IMG/VR virus record: IMGVR_UViG_3300009553_000019
Span: 64,001 to 128,000 of that record
Reading direction: 5' to 3' (one strand)
Length of the DNA: 64,000 bases
Source of the DNA: a virus
Below are positions 29,337 through 39,461 of the stretch, piece after piece. Position numbers and translations under genes: made by a program. A model generated the notes under the pieces. It did not search any database and had not been told where the DNA came from. It saw only the letters and a program-made list of their open reading frames with translations. Every line of letters starts with the position of its first letter. Positions within the stretch are counted from its first letter, which is position 1.

Positions 29337-29584
29337 TGTCAGATCAGAAACCAACTAGTTTAGATGATTACAAGGCGAAAAAAGAGCAGGAGCATGCTAA
29401 TCGAGTCATTCAGCTGTTCAAGGATCATCCTGAGCTAGCTAAAGAAGCTATCGTAGTATATGCACCAGAAGGTGGTGAAGGTGTAGTGTTAGCACCAGAG
29501 CATCTTGGTACAACTTTTGTTGTGGGTCTGCTAGAAGCAGCTAAGTTTGGTATTCTAGCATCTTCAATGCAAGATCCTACATGA
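29333..29584 (+). CDS. hypothetical protein
   Basis: Coupled 83-aa ORF. Confidence 0.55.
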   Translation: MMSDQKPTSLDDYKAKKEQEHANRVIQLFKDHPELAKEAIVVYAPEGGEGVVLAPEHLGTTFVVGLLEAAKFGILASSMQDPT

Positions 29585-30561
29585 GCATTACTCAAATCAA
29601 GATGGATATCTCCTCTCCAGAGGAGCAGACTTTAACCATTCTTCAGAATGGTGTTGAGATCCAATACAACATGGTTCAGCTTCTTAGGTTTAGGGAAAAC
29701 CTAGTAGAAGAGATGGCCATGCATGCTTCTAATCAATCGTATTGGGAGCAATCCGCTATTGATCTTGAATTCAAGCGGATGGAGTTTGAGGAGAGTGGTT
29801 ATGCAATCTGGTGGACGCATGCTAGAAGATATGCTAAGTATTATGCTACTGCAGCCAATCTAAAAGAAACGCTGGAATCAGTAAAAGACTGTGTCATCTC
29901 GTTGTTTAGCGAGAATGTTCCTGAAGACGAGCGGCTAGTCCTAATTGAGGAATCGTTTCGAGGTTTCTTACTGGGAAAGCATGGCACACAAAAGAAGGTA
30001 GATGATTTTTACAGTGATGCTGAGAATAGGCAAGTCTATGCTGATGACTTAGCAAAGTTTACTCAGCACGCTTTGATGTTTCAGAAAGAGGGTTGGAGTT
30101 ACGAAAAGATCGAGGCTACAAAACGGAACCTGATGGAGATGGCTAAGCGGATGGGTAGGTTTGCATCAACCTACGGAGAGCGAGCTTTCAAGATGAAAGA
30201 AGTCGCTGATCATGACTTAGCTAAGTATGGAAACATCAGTTCTCAGAATCAGTTGAGTAGGTACAATACTCAAGAGAGTAGGCCACCAAGTAGGGCTAGT
30301 CAGCCTCCAGCGGATTATAGCCCATTACAACCTCTAGTAAATACCCCAACTGTAGTTTCAACACCATCTCAGAAAACTTTTTGTAACCTATGTGGTCAGC
30401 TTCAGTTTATGACCCCAGCTGGAATTACATGCCCTAATGGTCATGGTGGGGCTGACTCTTATCCTGATCCTTTTCAACCAGACGAAAAAGCTACGAATAA
30501 ACAAACCCCTCTTACGACAACTTCTAAACGTCGTATGAATATGCCAAAAGAAAACAAATAA
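29581..30561 (+). CDS. possible UvsY-like recombination mediator with C-terminal Zn motif
   Basis: Helical N-terminal region, position directly before SSB and RecA, CNLCG..TPAGITCPNGHGG. Confidence 0.4.
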   Translation: MSITQIKMDISSPEEQTLTILQNGVEIQYNMVQLLRFRENLVEEMAMHASNQSYWEQSAIDLEFKRMEFEESGYAIWWTHARRYAKYYATAANLKETLESVKDCVISLFSENVPEDERLVLIEESFRGFLLGKHGTQKKVDDFYSDAENRQVYADDLAKFTQHALMFQKEGWSYEKIEATKRNLMEMAKRMGRFASTYGERAFKMKEVADHDLAKYGNISSQNQLSRYNTQESRPPSRASQPPADYSPLQPLVNTPTVVSTPSQKTFCNLCGQLQFMTPAGITCPNGHGGADSYPDPFQPDEKATNKQTPLTTTSKRRMNMPKENK

Positions 30562-30591
30562 GCCCAATAAGGCGAAAAGAGAGAAGAGACA

Positions 30592-31722
30592 ATGGGACGA
30601 ACTATGAATATGCCTATCAAGGCAGACGTTGAAGATCTTAACAAGCAAGGTGGGGGTGGAAGCCGTTCAGCTAGCATTCTTTACGCGCCTTTGCCAGTTG
30701 GGCAGCATGCCACCACCAAGGTTGGTAACAAAATCTTCTTTGGACTTTTTAGCCCAGCAAAGTGGAGTCTGTTTCAACAGGACAACCACATCCTAAAGAA
30801 GGGCGCATTACCCGATGGGCTATGGACTTTTTATTTCAAGTTGGTGGGTCACTATGTAGATAGTACTGACTCACTCGGTAAGAATCGTTCACAGTTTATT
30901 CTCTGCCCTACAGAGACTAATAAGTATTTGGTTGATGTTTTGAAGTATCAACCACTCTTTAAAGATGGTCGATGTCGCTATTGTGAAGAAAATAAAGCCT
31001 GGTGGGCAAAGTTCGAAAATCGTTGGGCAACATCAAAACTTGATGGTTCCGCTCTCAATCCTGATCGTTGGGGTTATGATAAAGACACCTATAAGAAGAT
31101 TTTGTCACAAAATCCTGATTTGAATCAAATCAAGGATGAAGCAGGAAAGTGGCAAGCTGGACCACGATGGGTTTTCCAGGTTTTTGATATGGCTAAGTTA
31201 GCTCTTGAGCGCCCTTTTGATGAGGGTGAGAATCAAGTCGACTATCAGTTCTATCTTGGACCAAAGACTGTTTTTGAAGGGTTGAATAACCTAGCTGAAA
31301 ACGGAATTGCATTTTACGATGCAGATAAGCCTCAGCAAATACTTTTGACAAAAGACTGTACTGAAGGTGGTCCACGCCAGGCAAAGTATACTGTTTTGAA
31401 TCTTGGTCCATTGCCAGTTAATCCTGAAGAAATGGCTTATCTTCAGGATGATAACTCACTACCAGACATGCCCTGGGGAGCTCCATTTTCTGAAGGCACT
31501 GTTCTTTGTGTTCAAAGCTATGATGAGATGGTGTCATTCAAGTTTGGGGTTCCAACTTCAAGTCATCTCACTGCTCCAACCCCTACACAGACAGTTCAAG
31601 GTAATTCGAATGTTCAAGTAGGTGGTTCAGTAACTGCAGTTGATCAACCAGCTGTTCAACCAGTGGCTAGTACAACTGCAGGTGCTCAACCAACTCGTCG
31701 TCGTGGTAACAATTCTTGGTGA
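30592..31722 (+). CDS. gp32-like single-stranded DNA-binding protein
   Basis: H..CP..CRYC Zn motif, aromatic-rich core, low-complexity tail, upstream of recA. Confidence 0.6.
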   Translation: MGRTMNMPIKADVEDLNKQGGGGSRSASILYAPLPVGQHATTKVGNKIFFGLFSPAKWSLFQQDNHILKKGALPDGLWTFYFKLVGHYVDSTDSLGKNRSQFILCPTETNKYLVDVLKYQPLFKDGRCRYCEENKAWWAKFENRWATSKLDGSALNPDRWGYDKDTYKKILSQNPDLNQIKDEAGKWQAGPRWVFQVFDMAKLALERPFDEGENQVDYQFYLGPKTVFEGLNNLAENGIAFYDADKPQQILLTKDCTEGGPRQAKYTVLNLGPLPVNPEEMAYLQDDNSLPDMPWGAPFSEGTVLCVQSYDEMVSFKFGVPTSSHLTAPTPTQTVQGNSNVQVGGSVTAVDQPAVQPVASTTAGAQPTRRRGNNSW

Positions 31723-31736
31723 GTTGAGGTAATAAC

Positions 31737-32852
31737 ATGGCTGCAGCTAAAGCTCCTATCATTAAGGTTCCAGATTTTCATGAACGTATTCTATCGATTA
31801 CTAAGCATGTAGAATCTCAGGTGGAGGGAGCTTCGCTGCAGACTATGCACGGAGAGATCCCGAAGATTCCAGTGCTATCTTCGGGATCTCTTACTCTTGA
31901 TAGATGTCTTGGAGTAGGTGGGTATCCGTTAGGCAGAATCGTAGAAGTGTTTGGTCCTTACAGTGCAGGTAAAACCACACTTACATTGCATGCTATAGCC
32001 TCAGCTATGAAGAGTGGTGGAATTGCTGCCTTCATTGATGCAGAGCATGCATTGGACATGACATATGCAAAAGCTCTAGGAGTTGATCCAGAGAAGTTGA
32101 TTCTATGTCAACCTGACTTTGGTGAGCAGGGGTTGGCAGTCGTAGATCACCTTCTTGACACTGGAATGTTTAAGAAGGGTGACATCATTGTAGTAGATTC
32201 TGTGGCGGCTTTGACACCTAAAACCATCATAGAGGGTGAGATTGATAAGCAAACGATGGCAGTAGCTGCTAGGATGATGTCCACTGCTATGGGTAAGCTT
32301 AAAGGAAAAGTAAGTCAGTCCGGTGTACTACTTTACTTTACGAATCAAATTCGAGAAACTTTGAGCCAGTATGGCCCTGCTACTGATACTCCTGGTGGTG
32401 GTGCGCTGAAGTTCTATTCGTCGATTAGGGTAGAAATCAAGAAAGTCTCTACTGTAATGGTTGGTGTTCCTGGAACGAGTGAGCAGAAAGCGATCGCCAA
32501 CATCACCAAGGTTAAAGTGGTAAAGAATAAGGTAGCACCACCATTCATGGAAGCGGAACTCACTATTCGATATGGTGAAGGTGTTTCTAGATTCGATGAG
32601 ATTATTGATGTTGGTTCCAAGTTTAACGTGATTCAGAAGAATGGTAGCTTCTATAAGTTTGCAGGGCAAACTCTTGGACAAGGAAAAGAGACTGCTATGA
32701 GAAACTTGAAGAATGATCCTACACTAGCTGATGAACTTTTCAATCTGATTTCACATCGATCAGTAACAGGTGAATGTGATGACATCCCACCTAGAGCTAA
32801 GATCTGGACAAAAGATGTTGTGATTGATACTACAGCGGAGTTACCATCATGA
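31737..32852 (+). CDS. recA: RecA recombinase
   Basis: GRIVEVFGPYSAGKTT, FIDAEHALD, VVDSVAAL, NQIR, GGALKFY, KNKVAPPF. Confidence 0.97.
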   Translation: MAAAKAPIIKVPDFHERILSITKHVESQVEGASLQTMHGEIPKIPVLSSGSLTLDRCLGVGGYPLGRIVEVFGPYSAGKTTLTLHAIASAMKSGGIAAFIDAEHALDMTYAKALGVDPEKLILCQPDFGEQGLAVVDHLLDTGMFKKGDIIVVDSVAALTPKTIIEGEIDKQTMAVAARMMSTAMGKLKGKVSQSGVLLYFTNQIRETLSQYGPATDTPGGGALKFYSSIRVEIKKVSTVMVGVPGTSEQKAIANITKVKVVKNKVAPPFMEAELTIRYGEGVSRFDEIIDVGSKFNVIQKNGSFYKFAGQTLGQGKETAMRNLKNDPTLADELFNLISHRSVTGECDDIPPRAKIWTKDVVIDTTAELPS

Positions 32853-33169
32853 AACAACCAATTGAGAACGACTTTTATAAAGATGACGATGGTAATCCAG
32901 CTGGTGGAACATCACATGCTTTTGGTATCGCTATTGATTGGCAAGATGGCCCAGTAGCCGATTATCGACCTGAATCTGCTAATGGTGCTTTTGTGGAGAC
33001 TTTGATTCAGATGGCAGTAGACAGGTTAACCTTCTACCAAACCTCAAAATTTTCGTGTGAAGAGAATGCCACTGCTATTTTGAATCTAAAGCTGGCGTTG
33101 GAAGCTTTAGATAAGCGTACTGCTAATAATAGAAAAGCTAGGGGTGTAGAAGGAACACACATACCGTGA
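32849..33169 (+). CDS. tad1: Tad1-like immune-signal sponge (anti-Thoeris/CBASS)
   Basis: WQDGP..NGAFVETLI..DRL..YQ..F.C.EN..A...L..AL..L.KR...R..RGVEGT matches the Tad1 pattern. Confidence 0.75.
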   Translation: MKQPIENDFYKDDDGNPAGGTSHAFGIAIDWQDGPVADYRPESANGAFVETLIQMAVDRLTFYQTSKFSCEENATAILNLKLALEALDKRTANNRKARGVEGTHIP

Positions 33170-34335
33170 AGCAGATCTCGTTTGGGGTATTCACAGATAT
33201 CCACTACGCGAATCCCTACGGAAGCGGGGTTACAGTAGAAGACGTAGCATCTGTTGAAAGACAGTTTACAAATCTCTGCATCGAGCGTAAGGTAGATTTC
33301 GCCATCTTTGCAGGTGATAGATTTTTAAGTCATACACCAGATGATGTTAGCCGTTTGCATGCGGATCGTGAGCAACGATATCGAAATGATTCTGGTATTG
33401 TAACATTTTCTGAGTTGGGCAATCATGACTGGCAAGGAAAAACAGCCCATACTGGCCATAGCAATAGATTTGCAAAAGAATTGTGGCCAGATATCCATCA
33501 GAATTTGGTGATTATGGACACCCCTGGAACCTATACGCACGATAAAGTTCCAGACGTTCGAATACATGCACTGCCGGCTGGTTCAGAGTTTACTTGGGAT
33601 TGTTACAAGATTCCAGGGCAACATAGCAAAACTGGCTGGGATATTTTGGTGTTTCATGATTTGTTAGCTGGCACTATCATTGATGTTCAGTCTCAGTTTA
33701 AGATGAACACTGGTATGAACAGGGACTCACTTGACCATCCAGAGTTTGATTTGGTGTTGGGAGGAGATGTACACATTCCTCAAAAGATTGAATTCAAGTT
33801 TACTCGAGGTGGTTACATTGGTTCCTGCATTCAACAAAGCAGACGGGATAGAGGTGATAGTAGGGGTTTTGTTTTCTTTACTTTGGGTGAACGTGTTGAC
33901 CATGTTGCTAGTATCACTAGTGAATTCGTTCCGAGTATCTGCCCACATTTTGTAGATGTTGAATGGGATGTTGGACTTAACAACCGATTTCCAACCTCTC
34001 AAGAAATTGAAGCAATAGTCCAAGCATCTTATGGTGAGGGTTGTAAGGGGAATATTGTAGATTTGGTTTTTACAGGTCCTAGACTAGCTTTAGAGAAGAT
34101 CCCAACCAACTACGCAAAGACTATGGAACTAGAGTTGCAAGCTAGACGAGTTAATCCACCGACTAAGGTTCAACCTGTTGTTCTAACAATGGGGTCTAAT
34201 CTGACATTAACAAAAACCACATCACCGGAGCAAGATTTAGATGCTTTTGTCAAGTCTGGAAAGCAGAACTTGAACGGTTTAGATCTTGAGCGTGTGCTAG
34301 AAAAAGGCAACAAAGTATTGGAGCAGCTTCGATGA
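33166..34335 (+). CDS. sbcD: SbcD/Mre11 metallophosphoesterase nuclease
   Basis: TDIH, AGD, GNHD, H, GDVH, YIGS. Confidence 0.88.
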   Translation: MKQISFGVFTDIHYANPYGSGVTVEDVASVERQFTNLCIERKVDFAIFAGDRFLSHTPDDVSRLHADREQRYRNDSGIVTFSELGNHDWQGKTAHTGHSNRFAKELWPDIHQNLVIMDTPGTYTHDKVPDVRIHALPAGSEFTWDCYKIPGQHSKTGWDILVFHDLLAGTIIDVQSQFKMNTGMNRDSLDHPEFDLVLGGDVHIPQKIEFKFTRGGYIGSCIQQSRRDRGDSRGFVFFTLGERVDHVASITSEFVPSICPHFVDVEWDVGLNNRFPTSQEIEAIVQASYGEGCKGNIVDLVFTGPRLALEKIPTNYAKTMELELQARRVNPPTKVQPVVLTMGSNLTLTKTTSPEQDLDAFVKSGKQNLNGLDLERVLEKGNKVLEQLR

Positions 34336-34601
34336 GTAATGAAGGTTCTGTGATGTTGATTTCTGATGGAACCCCACGTGGTACTAAGCTGATTGTCAAT
34401 GGTGTTTTAGTACCACTAATTCAAAAGATTGAATGGAAGGTTGAAGTTGATGGTCTAGCAACAGCAGTAGTAACCTTACTGAAGGTTCCTGTTGAGCTAC
34501 AGCTTAGTCTAGATCAGGTTAAGTTGGTCGAATCTAGATCAGAGAATCCTCCAGACATTTCTCAACCAGATGCAACAACCAATAGGGATGATCGAACATG
34601 A
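34332..34601 (+). CDS. hypothetical protein
   Basis: Coupled 89-aa ORF. Confidence 0.55.
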   Translation: MSNEGSVMLISDGTPRGTKLIVNGVLVPLIQKIEWKVEVDGLATAVVTLLKVPVELQLSLDQVKLVESRSENPPDISQPDATTNRDDRT

Positions 34602-34930
34602 CACCTGAAATGATACGAGAGGAGTATCTAGACGAGCACAGGCGATGGCGTTGGGTGATGGCGAAACTTGCCTTTAAAGTTGAGACTTTCATTGCTAGAA
34701 ACAACTTTGTTCGACATGCTGAACGATCTAATAACCCTATAACTGCTCAAGAGCAGTTGAGTCATTTACTGTGGATGGGTTCAGAAGAGGGGTTAGCAGC
34801 TGCCGATAAGCCAACCAAAGCTATGAGATGGGCTTGCTGGATGCAGGGAGCGATGTGTATCTTGCGGGTCACCAATCTAGAAGAATGTAAACGATTGAAC
34901 ATGAGAAAGACGTGGGAGGAAAACCGATGA
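34598..34930 (+). CDS. hypothetical protein
   Basis: HLLWM..KAMRWACWMQG motif; coupled ORF. Confidence 0.55.
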   Translation: MTPEMIREEYLDEHRRWRWVMAKLAFKVETFIARNNFVRHAERSNNPITAQEQLSHLLWMGSEEGLAAADKPTKAMRWACWMQGAMCILRVTNLEECKRLNMRKTWEENR

Positions 34931-35124
34931 AATGTTGGGATTATATTTGTTTGAAGGGTCATCAAAACGAAGTTTGCTTTGGTGAGCTAGATCCAAAACG
35001 GTATGAAGATACCATTCCTTGCCCTGAAGTAGGTGGCTGTGACGAGCTAGCCTCTAAGGTAAAAGTTTACAGCACACCTGCTGTAGGAACTACGGATGGT
35101 AAAGGCACTTATAAGGTTGATTGA
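34927..35124 (+). CDS. FmdB-like zinc ribbon
   Basis: WDYIC..GH..E..IPCPE..C..KVYSTP; ATGA start at 34927. Confidence 0.6.
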   Translation: MKCWDYICLKGHQNEVCFGELDPKRYEDTIPCPEVGGCDELASKVKVYSTPAVGTTDGKGTYKVD

Positions 35125-37140
35125 GTGCTACAAATACATTCAGTAAATCCAACCGGGGTTGGCCCATATGGGTTTCATGAAACCATCTCATTAGATGATG
35201 GCGGATTGATCTGGCTTGAGGGTCAAAACCAAGACAAGGGTGGGTCTAACGGATCAGGAAAGACCTGGCTGTTAAACACCATTTCGATCTGTCTTTTTGG
35301 AAAGGTTGAAACTCAGGTTGGAACCGAAGTCTTAAAAGATGATGCCATCAACAACGTTTGGGGATCCGGTTGTTGTGCTAGAGTGGTTTTTACTAACAAA
35401 AATCAACAAATATGGAGAGTGACATTCTCTAGAAAGTGGAAGCAAGATCCACCGTATGAGAATGATTCACAATGTTACCCCTTTCATGGCAGTGATATTT
35501 ATCTTGAGTGCTTCAATGGTGAAGAGTGGTTGGATAAACGTGAAGCTGAAATGCCAAAAACTGCAGCCAAGCTTCGCAATATTGTTGGTTGCAGTTATGA
35601 GCAGTATCTAACCACCACTTACCTGGCACAGGGTAAAGGGAAGCAGTTTATACAGGGATCACATGCACAGCGCATGGCGATCATGACTGATGTAACTGGG
35701 ATAGATATCTGGGATAAGGCCGAAGCTCAGTATAAACTGGAAGCAGCTTCTTTAGAGAAGCAAATTCGAGATTTAGAACTGCAGATTGCATCGGTTAATG
35801 GTAAGATTTCTAGCACTTCAATACTTGAGGAAGGGGTATTGGCTAGCTTAAAATCTGGTCAAACTCAGCTAAAAGCCAATTTAGATGAACTTCTGTTAAA
35901 CCAAACCTCGTTAGAAGCTGAACGTGTAACTAATCAGAAATGGTTGTACGAAAATCAGCTAGCTCAAAACCCGTACCCACAGCAGATTCAAAATCTACGT
36001 CAGTCAGGCAACGCTATAGCAAATGCTAGATCAGTTATTGAAGCCAGAATTAGAAACCACCCTTTGATCGAGCAGATCACCCACTCTGCAGTTTTGGGGT
36101 GGTTGGCAGCTAAGTCAGCTTATGACAGCGCTTTAAATCAACCTGACAACTGCCCAGCCTGTAAACAACCTGTTCCTAAAATAGTCAATCTAGAAGAGCT
36201 AGAATTTTCGTTTTTAAAGGCTGAACGGCTAGCTACTGCTTTTAGAATTAGGGATGGGGTTTGTGATGGCCTTGAACTTGCTGAAGCAAATGAAAAATGC
36301 ATTCATGATCAAAAAGAAGTAGCTAGGCTAATTGCTGAGGCTGAAGCTAATAGTGTTAAGCATGATCAAGATCAAGAATCTCTGATAAAGAAAAGAGCAG
36401 AGATTGATGCACGAACCCTAGCTATTAACACGATTGTTAGCGAGATATCAAACAAGCGTGTAACTTTATCGAATCAATTAAATGAGATAGGCTTTAAAAT
36501 ATCACAGAATGATGTTCAGGTTAAACAACTAGCTGAGTGGAATAACCAGTCATTAACATTGGTTAACCAACTGAATGACCTAAGGATGCATCGTGCTGAA
36601 TGGGATTGGTTAAGCAAGGCATGCAGGTTAATCAAGAGCTACAAACTGGTTGGTGCAGTAGAGCGTCTTAACGAGTTGCTAGCAGAATCGTTAAAAGATC
36701 TTGATGGTAGCTTTAGTGTATACTGTAAGCCTTGGAGACCTAAACCTCAAGCTCTGAAGAAACCTGAACTGGATTGGCAACCTGACGACGTAATCCAGGA
36801 TTTCACCGTGTTTGTCTCAGAAGGAGATAAGAAAGAAGTCCCTCTGGGTCTGTACAGTGGTGGGGAAGTTAGTATCATAGCTCTCGCTTTTCTTGTAGCG
36901 TTTTGGAGATTGTCAAGTGAACTGGGATCAGGTAGTAATCTACTAGCTCTAGACGAGACCTTTGGTGCTTTAGATTCGAGAAACTCTCAGATTGTTGCAA
37001 ACTTCTTAGAGACGTTAAGAGGGACTGGAAAGACGGTTTTGGTGATTTCTCACGCACAAGTTATCGATCAAGTTAATTGGGATCAGCGTTGGGTAGTAAA
37101 GAAGCAAAATGGTATGTCGAATCTGGAGAAGGTTGTATGA
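35125..37140 (+). CDS. sbcC: SbcC/Rad50 ATPase
   Basis: NGSGKT, Q-loop YLAQG, coiled coil with CPAC hook, YSGGE, LDE, ISH. Confidence 0.92.
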   Translation: MLQIHSVNPTGVGPYGFHETISLDDGGLIWLEGQNQDKGGSNGSGKTWLLNTISICLFGKVETQVGTEVLKDDAINNVWGSGCCARVVFTNKNQQIWRVTFSRKWKQDPPYENDSQCYPFHGSDIYLECFNGEEWLDKREAEMPKTAAKLRNIVGCSYEQYLTTTYLAQGKGKQFIQGSHAQRMAIMTDVTGIDIWDKAEAQYKLEAASLEKQIRDLELQIASVNGKISSTSILEEGVLASLKSGQTQLKANLDELLLNQTSLEAERVTNQKWLYENQLAQNPYPQQIQNLRQSGNAIANARSVIEARIRNHPLIEQITHSAVLGWLAAKSAYDSALNQPDNCPACKQPVPKIVNLEELEFSFLKAERLATAFRIRDGVCDGLELAEANEKCIHDQKEVARLIAEAEANSVKHDQDQESLIKKRAEIDARTLAINTIVSEISNKRVTLSNQLNEIGFKISQNDVQVKQLAEWNNQSLTLVNQLNDLRMHRAEWDWLSKACRLIKSYKLVGAVERLNELLAESLKDLDGSFSVYCKPWRPKPQALKKPELDWQPDDVIQDFTVFVSEGDKKEVPLGLYSGGEVSIIALAFLVAFWRLSSELGSGSNLLALDETFGALDSRNSQIVANFLETLRGTGKTVLVISHAQVIDQVNWDQRWVVKKQNGMSNLEKVV

Positions 37141-37928
37141 CTGAAGAAGAAATCAAAAAGTTTTTTAAGTTTGTAGGTTTGCCTTGTGGTCCTCAATGTG
37201 AACGTTGCACGACAGAGTATGCATTCGAATACCTAGATGGTCCTGATGGCACTTCTTTTGCTTTCTCTAAGGTTACCGGTTCAAAAGTAATTCCTGATGT
37301 TCAAAAGACGATGATGTTGGCATGTATCCAACTCAACTCAGAATACCCCTTTTCGTATTTATGTGAGTCTTGTGGATCATCGATACAATCTGGCATTGAA
37401 CCTTCAAGTGAAGTACTAGAGAAGGTTCGAGTGTTTAAGCAAACATTACGAGAACAGGTTTCCGAGTTTCACAGATTAGGTGAACACCTTATCGCTAAGT
37501 CGCCTAGCATCCCTAATCAAGAAACAATCTTGCTTAGAGCGGCCTTAGTCGCTGAAGAGGCTTTTGAATTACTAGATGCTTTGTTGCCAGGGCAAACGGG
37601 GTTACAAGGTAGGTTATCCAAGGCTAAAGCTAATCTTGATTTGCTTTTTAGCGAAATACGAGATGGTTTTGTAAGACAAACTGAACCACCAAACTTGATC
37701 GAGCTAGCAGATGCTTGTGCTGATTTAGATTATGTGGTCGAAGGTACTCGATTAACATTCGGCATCAATGGTAAACCAATTGCAGATGCAGTTCACTTAG
37801 CAAACTTAGCGAAGTTTGGACCCGGATCATATAAGAAACCAAATGGTAAGATTGGCAAACCACCTGACTGGAAACCACCGGATATTGAAGCAGAGTTGAT
37901 TAAGCAAGGTTGGGTAAAAGTATCATGA
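37137..37928 (+). CDS. Zn-finger + MazG-like all-alpha NTP pyrophosphatase (dUTPase-like)
   Basis: EEAFEL, ELADACADLDYV, VHLANLAK, GKIGKPPDWKPP; ATGA start at 37137. Confidence 0.8.
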   Translation: MTEEEIKKFFKFVGLPCGPQCERCTTEYAFEYLDGPDGTSFAFSKVTGSKVIPDVQKTMMLACIQLNSEYPFSYLCESCGSSIQSGIEPSSEVLEKVRVFKQTLREQVSEFHRLGEHLIAKSPSIPNQETILLRAALVAEEAFELLDALLPGQTGLQGRLSKAKANLDLLFSEIRDGFVRQTEPPNLIELADACADLDYVVEGTRLTFGINGKPIADAVHLANLAKFGPGSYKKPNGKIGKPPDWKPPDIEAELIKQGWVKVS

Positions 37929-38509
37929 TTCTTAGTGATATCGATCTTAAGAATGAGCTGGAGTTAGTTAACTATGAGAACAACACTTACACGCAGTCTT
38001 TCATTGTAGGTGTTTTTAATGGGGTTGGCGAACCATTGATGCCAGAACAGATTCAGCCAGCGTCAATAGATCTTCGACTAGGCAAGACGTTTTTGGTTCC
38101 AAAACCTGATGCAACAACACATTTAGACTTGAGAGAAGGAGTTCCAAACGATTACTATCAGCAAGTAGAATTAGCTGAAGGTGATTGTTTTGTTCTTCAT
38201 CCTAACGAATTCGTGTTGGGAACGACTCTAGAGTGGGTGAGAATGCCTAAGCATCTAGCAGCTTCTGTTGATGGTAGAAGCTCTATTGGAAGGTTAGGTG
38301 TTTGCGCACATGTAACCGCAGGATTCATAGACCCAGGCTTCGAAGGGCAGATAACACTAGAGATGGTCAACTTTGGCAAAGTTGCAGTAAAACTTTGGCC
38401 TGGTTTCAGAGTTTGTCAGTTGGTCGTAAGTATGCTTTACACTGAGTGTTCAAAAGGCTATCAGGGAAGGTACCAAGGCCAAGTTGGTGCTACAGGAAGT
38501 AGAGTATGA
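37925..38509 (+). CDS. dcd: dCTP deaminase
   Basis: ILSD, QPASIDLRL, GRSSIGRLG, AGFIDPGFEGQITLE, Y.GRYQGQ. Confidence 0.95.
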   Translation: MILSDIDLKNELELVNYENNTYTQSFIVGVFNGVGEPLMPEQIQPASIDLRLGKTFLVPKPDATTHLDLREGVPNDYYQQVELAEGDCFVLHPNEFVLGTTLEWVRMPKHLAASVDGRSSIGRLGVCAHVTAGFIDPGFEGQITLEMVNFGKVAVKLWPGFRVCQLVVSMLYTECSKGYQGRYQGQVGATGSRV

Positions 38510-38757
38510 GAAGGACTACTAACGCTAGCATGCTAGCTGCAGATAAAGCAGAAGCTGAGAAACCAGCTGTTAAACGATCTGGCTTAGTTCAGTTCTGTTT
38601 AGTCGGTATAGATGATGCAGTTTTACTAGATGGCAGATTTAAAGATAAGCGAGTTTCAGAGCTTATCAATTCTGTTGAAGGTCGAGATTACTTAGGGGAT
38701 ATTTGGAATAGTTCCTCAGAAGAGCTTAGAGTTGTTTTGAGAAAGGTTTTTGCATGA
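38506..38757 (+). CDS. hypothetical protein
   Basis: Coupled 83-aa ORF. Confidence 0.55.
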   Translation: MRRTTNASMLAADKAEAEKPAVKRSGLVQFCLVGIDDAVLLDGRFKDKRVSELINSVEGRDYLGDIWNSSSEELRVVLRKVFA

Positions 38758-39461
38758 AGCTTATAGGGATTAGTGGCTTAGCTGGTAGTGGAAAAGATAC
38801 CGTAGCAGATATCTTAGTCAAAGATTATGGTTTTGTCAAGATTAGCCTTTCCGATGAGTTGAAACGAATTTGTAAATCTGTCTACGACTTTACTGACGAA
38901 CAGCTATGGGGATCTTCTGAAAAACGAAGTGAGCCAGATCAGAGATATCCTCGAAAATGTTCAATGTTTGAGAATCAAAATGGTCGAGTTGTGCCATGTG
39001 AGTTATGTTCAGGTACTGGTGTTGTTTATTTAACCGCTAGACATGCACTTCAAACTTTAGGTACCGAATGGGGAAGGGATCTCTGTTTCCCAAAAACCTG
39101 GACAGAATTTTTATTTCGACAGGTTAGACAGCTTGAAGAAAATCCCCACCTAACCTATAATCAAAAGAAGGGTTTAATTGGTAAGACAAATCCTTTTACT
39201 GATCCGGTGAAGGGTGTAGTAGTTCCAGACCTGCGTTTTAAAAATGAAATCAATGAATTTGTTGCATATCCTGGAACATCACTGATACGAATTACGAGAC
39301 CTGGTTCTGGTCTTCAAGGTGCTGCTGGATTGCATATTTCAGAACAACAAATGTCAGAGATACCCAACTCAGCTTTTTCATGTGTGTTGGACAATTCTGG
39401 TTCATTAGATGATCTCAAAGCAAAAGTTTACACCCTTTTAACGGAATCTTATGGAGATTAG
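38754..39461 (+). CDS. deoxynucleoside monophosphate kinase
   Basis: GISGLAGSGKDT, R.ALQTLGTEWGR, DLRFKNE, HISE. Confidence 0.9.
   Translation: MKLIGISGLAGSGKDTVADILVKDYGFVKISLSDELKRICKSVYDFTDEQLWGSSEKRSEPDQRYPRKCSMFENQNGRVVPCELCSGTGVVYLTARHALQTLGTEWGRDLCFPKTWTEFLFRQVRQLEENPHLTYNQKKGLIGKTNPFTDPVKGVVVPDLRFKNEINEFVAYPGTSLIRITRPGSGLQGAAGLHISEQQMSEIPNSAFSCVLDNSGSLDDLKAKVYTLLTESYGD

Noticed and set aside
37137-39461. dU or hydroxymethyl-pyrimidine genome
   Set aside because: dCTP deaminase, a dUTPase-like enzyme, dNMP kinase and ThyX fit ordinary dTTP supply; no pyrimidine hydroxymethylase is seen
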